Assembly (NCBI GenBank): GCA_050084985.1
Contig: JBITNC010000001.1
Span: 139,004,001-139,068,000 of the forward strand
Direction of reading: 5' to 3'
Source: Nageia nagi
Taxonomy: Eukaryota; Plantae; Pinophyta
DNA length: 64,000 nt
Below, piece after piece: positions 61,285 to 64,000 of the stretch. A model generated the notes under the pieces. The model had not been told where the DNA came from. It saw only the letters and a program-made list of their open reading frames with translations, and did no database searches. Positions within the stretch are counted from its first letter, which is position 1. Every line of letters begins with the position of its first letter. Both the position numbers and the translations under genes were made by a program.

Positions 61285-64000
61285 CATGACCATAATTTTA
61301 AATGCCACAAAATTTTAGCTAGGTGTTTTTAGATATAAGTAGCTTAACTAGTTCAAATTTCACACTTTAAATCCTTATTGGTATCTCTAAGCATCATCAT
61401 CAATTTGGCCTCCAATGCAGATTTGCACTTGGTAAACTATCAAAATTTTGACAAATTCATAAGCATAGAATGTTAATTTATCATTTTGTCAGAATGATAA
61501 CTTTTAATTATTAAATCAACATGCCTTAAAATTTTAACCACATGTTCACCATAATACAAGCTAACAATGATTCAAATTTCAAGCTATGAATCCACCAAAA
61601 ATGCTATTGGTGAAGCCATAAATAGAGCTTGCCATGAATATTTTGCTTTTTTTTTTATATTTATCTCCTAATTTTGAAAAGCCATAACTTACAAACCATA
61701 ACCCCATTTTATTTTTTATTTGAAGCTTTGGAATCATGGTGGAGATATATTTAATATGTAGGAGACTAATAAACAAAATTATAAACATGAAAAATCACTT
61801 TCTTTAAGATTCCAAAATCCATTTCAGATCAATCATCCCATTTTAGGGGATTTTAGTCCCATAAAAGCCTTAGGATCAAAATAATGAGGAAAATAATCCT
61901 CACACAAATACAAATTTACCCCTTCTTGGAATTACCTTCTTGAATTTGCTCCTCATTTTGAATTTGCTTGGAATTTTTAGGTACATCACTTTGTATTCTC
62001 AACAAATCAAGAGCATGAGAATATTTGCTTCTAACATAGCTTCCTTAGGTATAACAATTATCGAGAACATGGGCCCTTATTCCAATTGGAATTCATGTCT
62101 AGATAATTTTATTATGAAAAAATTTCATCAAATGCTAATGAAATTTGTTAAATTACAAAATGAAAATTTACCTCAACCTTACATGCTTTCAAACTATGAA
62201 TCCAATCCATCAAATCAAGTTTTCATGACTCCAAACTAGACACAACAATGAACTTTACTATCAAAGAAATCATTCTTTTTTTTAACAAGCTCCATCATAT
62301 CCTAATAAAATAACTTCTTTGATACCAACTTGATCTGTAAAACCTACATCAAGATTTAATTTTGATCTCACACTTTATTCATTTTAGTGCTTGTAAATAT
62401 AAAATCACACCAAATCAAAAACACACAAAATGATGTACACATATAGTTACCCTAGTTCAATTGATATGGTCTACATCTAGCAAATAGTAATCAATTATTG
62501 TAGGGTCCATTTTACAATATAACTTATATGATCCTTCTTGCTTCACTCTTTTGTTTATCAAAGCCAAATCACACAATCACTATAGGCTCTCCACTAAATC
62601 CCTTTCTTGAACACAAATCTCTTTTTAAAAAAATTCCTTAAGAATAGTTCCACATCTCTTTTCTTGGGATGACATCTTTAGAACTACTCTTTGTCTTTTT
62701 TCTTTCCATCATGGTGATTATATCATCCACTTCTTTATCCATGGTAATAATCTTATCCATGTTCTTTTTCTTCTACTATGCAAGCTTAAAATGCACCTCC
62801 AATATTACTCTCATGGTTTTATTATTTTCCATGGAGTTTACAATAAAATGGAGTCTCGTACATTCCTTTCAAACCTACACTAACTCCCTCTTGGGAGGAA
62901 ATCCATAGTAAAAGACTTAACTTTTTTCATATTCCATGTTCTCTTTTATAACATTAAGGGATTGCAAATTTGATGTTTATGGTTACATGGTGATAAGATC
63001 ATATTTGTTATTTTTCCTCCTTTACAATATGATCTCTTATCCTCATAACAATTATTTCCCTCATTTGTATTCTTGTAGCATTGTTTTGGCTTCATATGTT
63101 TATATTCTACTACCATTTTGGCATGACCACAATTGCATGACCATAATGTTAAATGTCATAAAATTTCATCCAATTGTTTTTTGATATATTTAGCTTTACT
63201 AGTCCAAACATCATGCTTTAAATCCTTATTTGTATTTCCAAGCATTTTCATCAAGTTGGCCTCAAATGCAAATTTTCACATGGCAAATACCAAAATTTTG
63301 ACTAAGTCATGAACATAGAATGATAATTTACCATTTTATGAGTGTCATATATTTTAATTATTTGATCAAAATGGCTTAAACATTTAACCACATGTTCACC
63401 ATAATATGAGGTAACAATGATTCAAATTTCAAGGTATGAATCCACCCAAGATGCTTTTGGTGAATCCATAAATAGAGCCTTCCATGCATATTTTACATTT
63501 TTTATATTTAACCCCTAATTTCCAAAAGCCATAACTTAAAAACTATAGCTCTATTTTATTTTCCATTTGAAGCATTGGAATCATGGTGGAGAGATCTTTA
63601 ATATGGAATAGAATAACAAAAAAGCTTAAAAACTTAAAAAGTAACCTTTTTTTAAGACTTTAAAATACATTTCAGATCACTCATCCCATTTTAGGGGCTT
63701 TTGGTCCCACAAAATCCTTATGATCAAAATAATGAGGAAAATAATCCTCGCACAAATACAAATTTACCATTTCTTGGAATCATGTTCTCAAATTTGCTCC
63801 TTATTCTAAATTTTCTTGGCATTTTTAGGTACATCACTTCATATTCTTAGTGAATCAAGAGCATAAGAATATTCTCTTCCAACATAACTTTTTCAATTAT
63901 CACAACTGCAAAGAAGATGGCCCTTCTTCCCAACTCAAATTCATGTATAGATAATTTTATGATGAAAAAATTTCATCAAATGCTAATGAAAATTATTTAA
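61285..64000. repeat. ~865-bp direct repeat (61285-62151 and 63137-64000), probably the leader region of a minus-strand LTR element
   Basis: Colinear throughout (gccataactt, tttcagatc, aatgaggaaaataatcctc). PBS-like ctttgatacca near 62317 and an LTR-like motif near 62446-62480 lie between the copies. Confidence 0.8.

Overview
AT-rich, CpG-depleted plant heterochromatin, most likely from a gymnosperm (inferred from a TatII-type domain order and the style of the PPR motifs). It is made almost entirely of nested, decayed transposons. I found no intact host gene, rRNA, tRNA or CRISPR array. From left to right: (1) 3' half of a relatively young Ogre/Tat Ty3-gypsy element (1-6592, +) with an integrase tail, two paralogous extra ORFs of unknown family, a hairpin-rich 3' region, a PPT and a ~2.25 kb LTR holding a 122-bp tandem array. 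(2) Remnant of an older Ogre-like element with an antisense plant-mobile-domain ORF, palindromic repeats, PPT and LTR (~6600-10867). (3) A foldback/MULE-like element whose long inverted arms enclose an intron-containing cargo with two CLASSY/DRD1-like Cys/His motifs, plus a solo LTR. (4) PPR pseudogene fragments. (5) A full-length TatII element (~17197-35991, -; gag-PR-aRH-RT-RH-INT-extra ORF) with an internal ~3.1 kb triplication. (6) A MITE-like hairpin. (7) A truncated Athila-type element with an extra ORF. (8) A Tekay-like element with ~4.2 kb LTRs carrying PPR repeat arrays and a barely recognisable gag-pol, itself containing a complete 2.37 kb non-autonomous gag-only element. (9) A duplicated retroelement leader region. 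All calls were made by eye and manual translation; boundaries marked approximate may be off by tens of bp.
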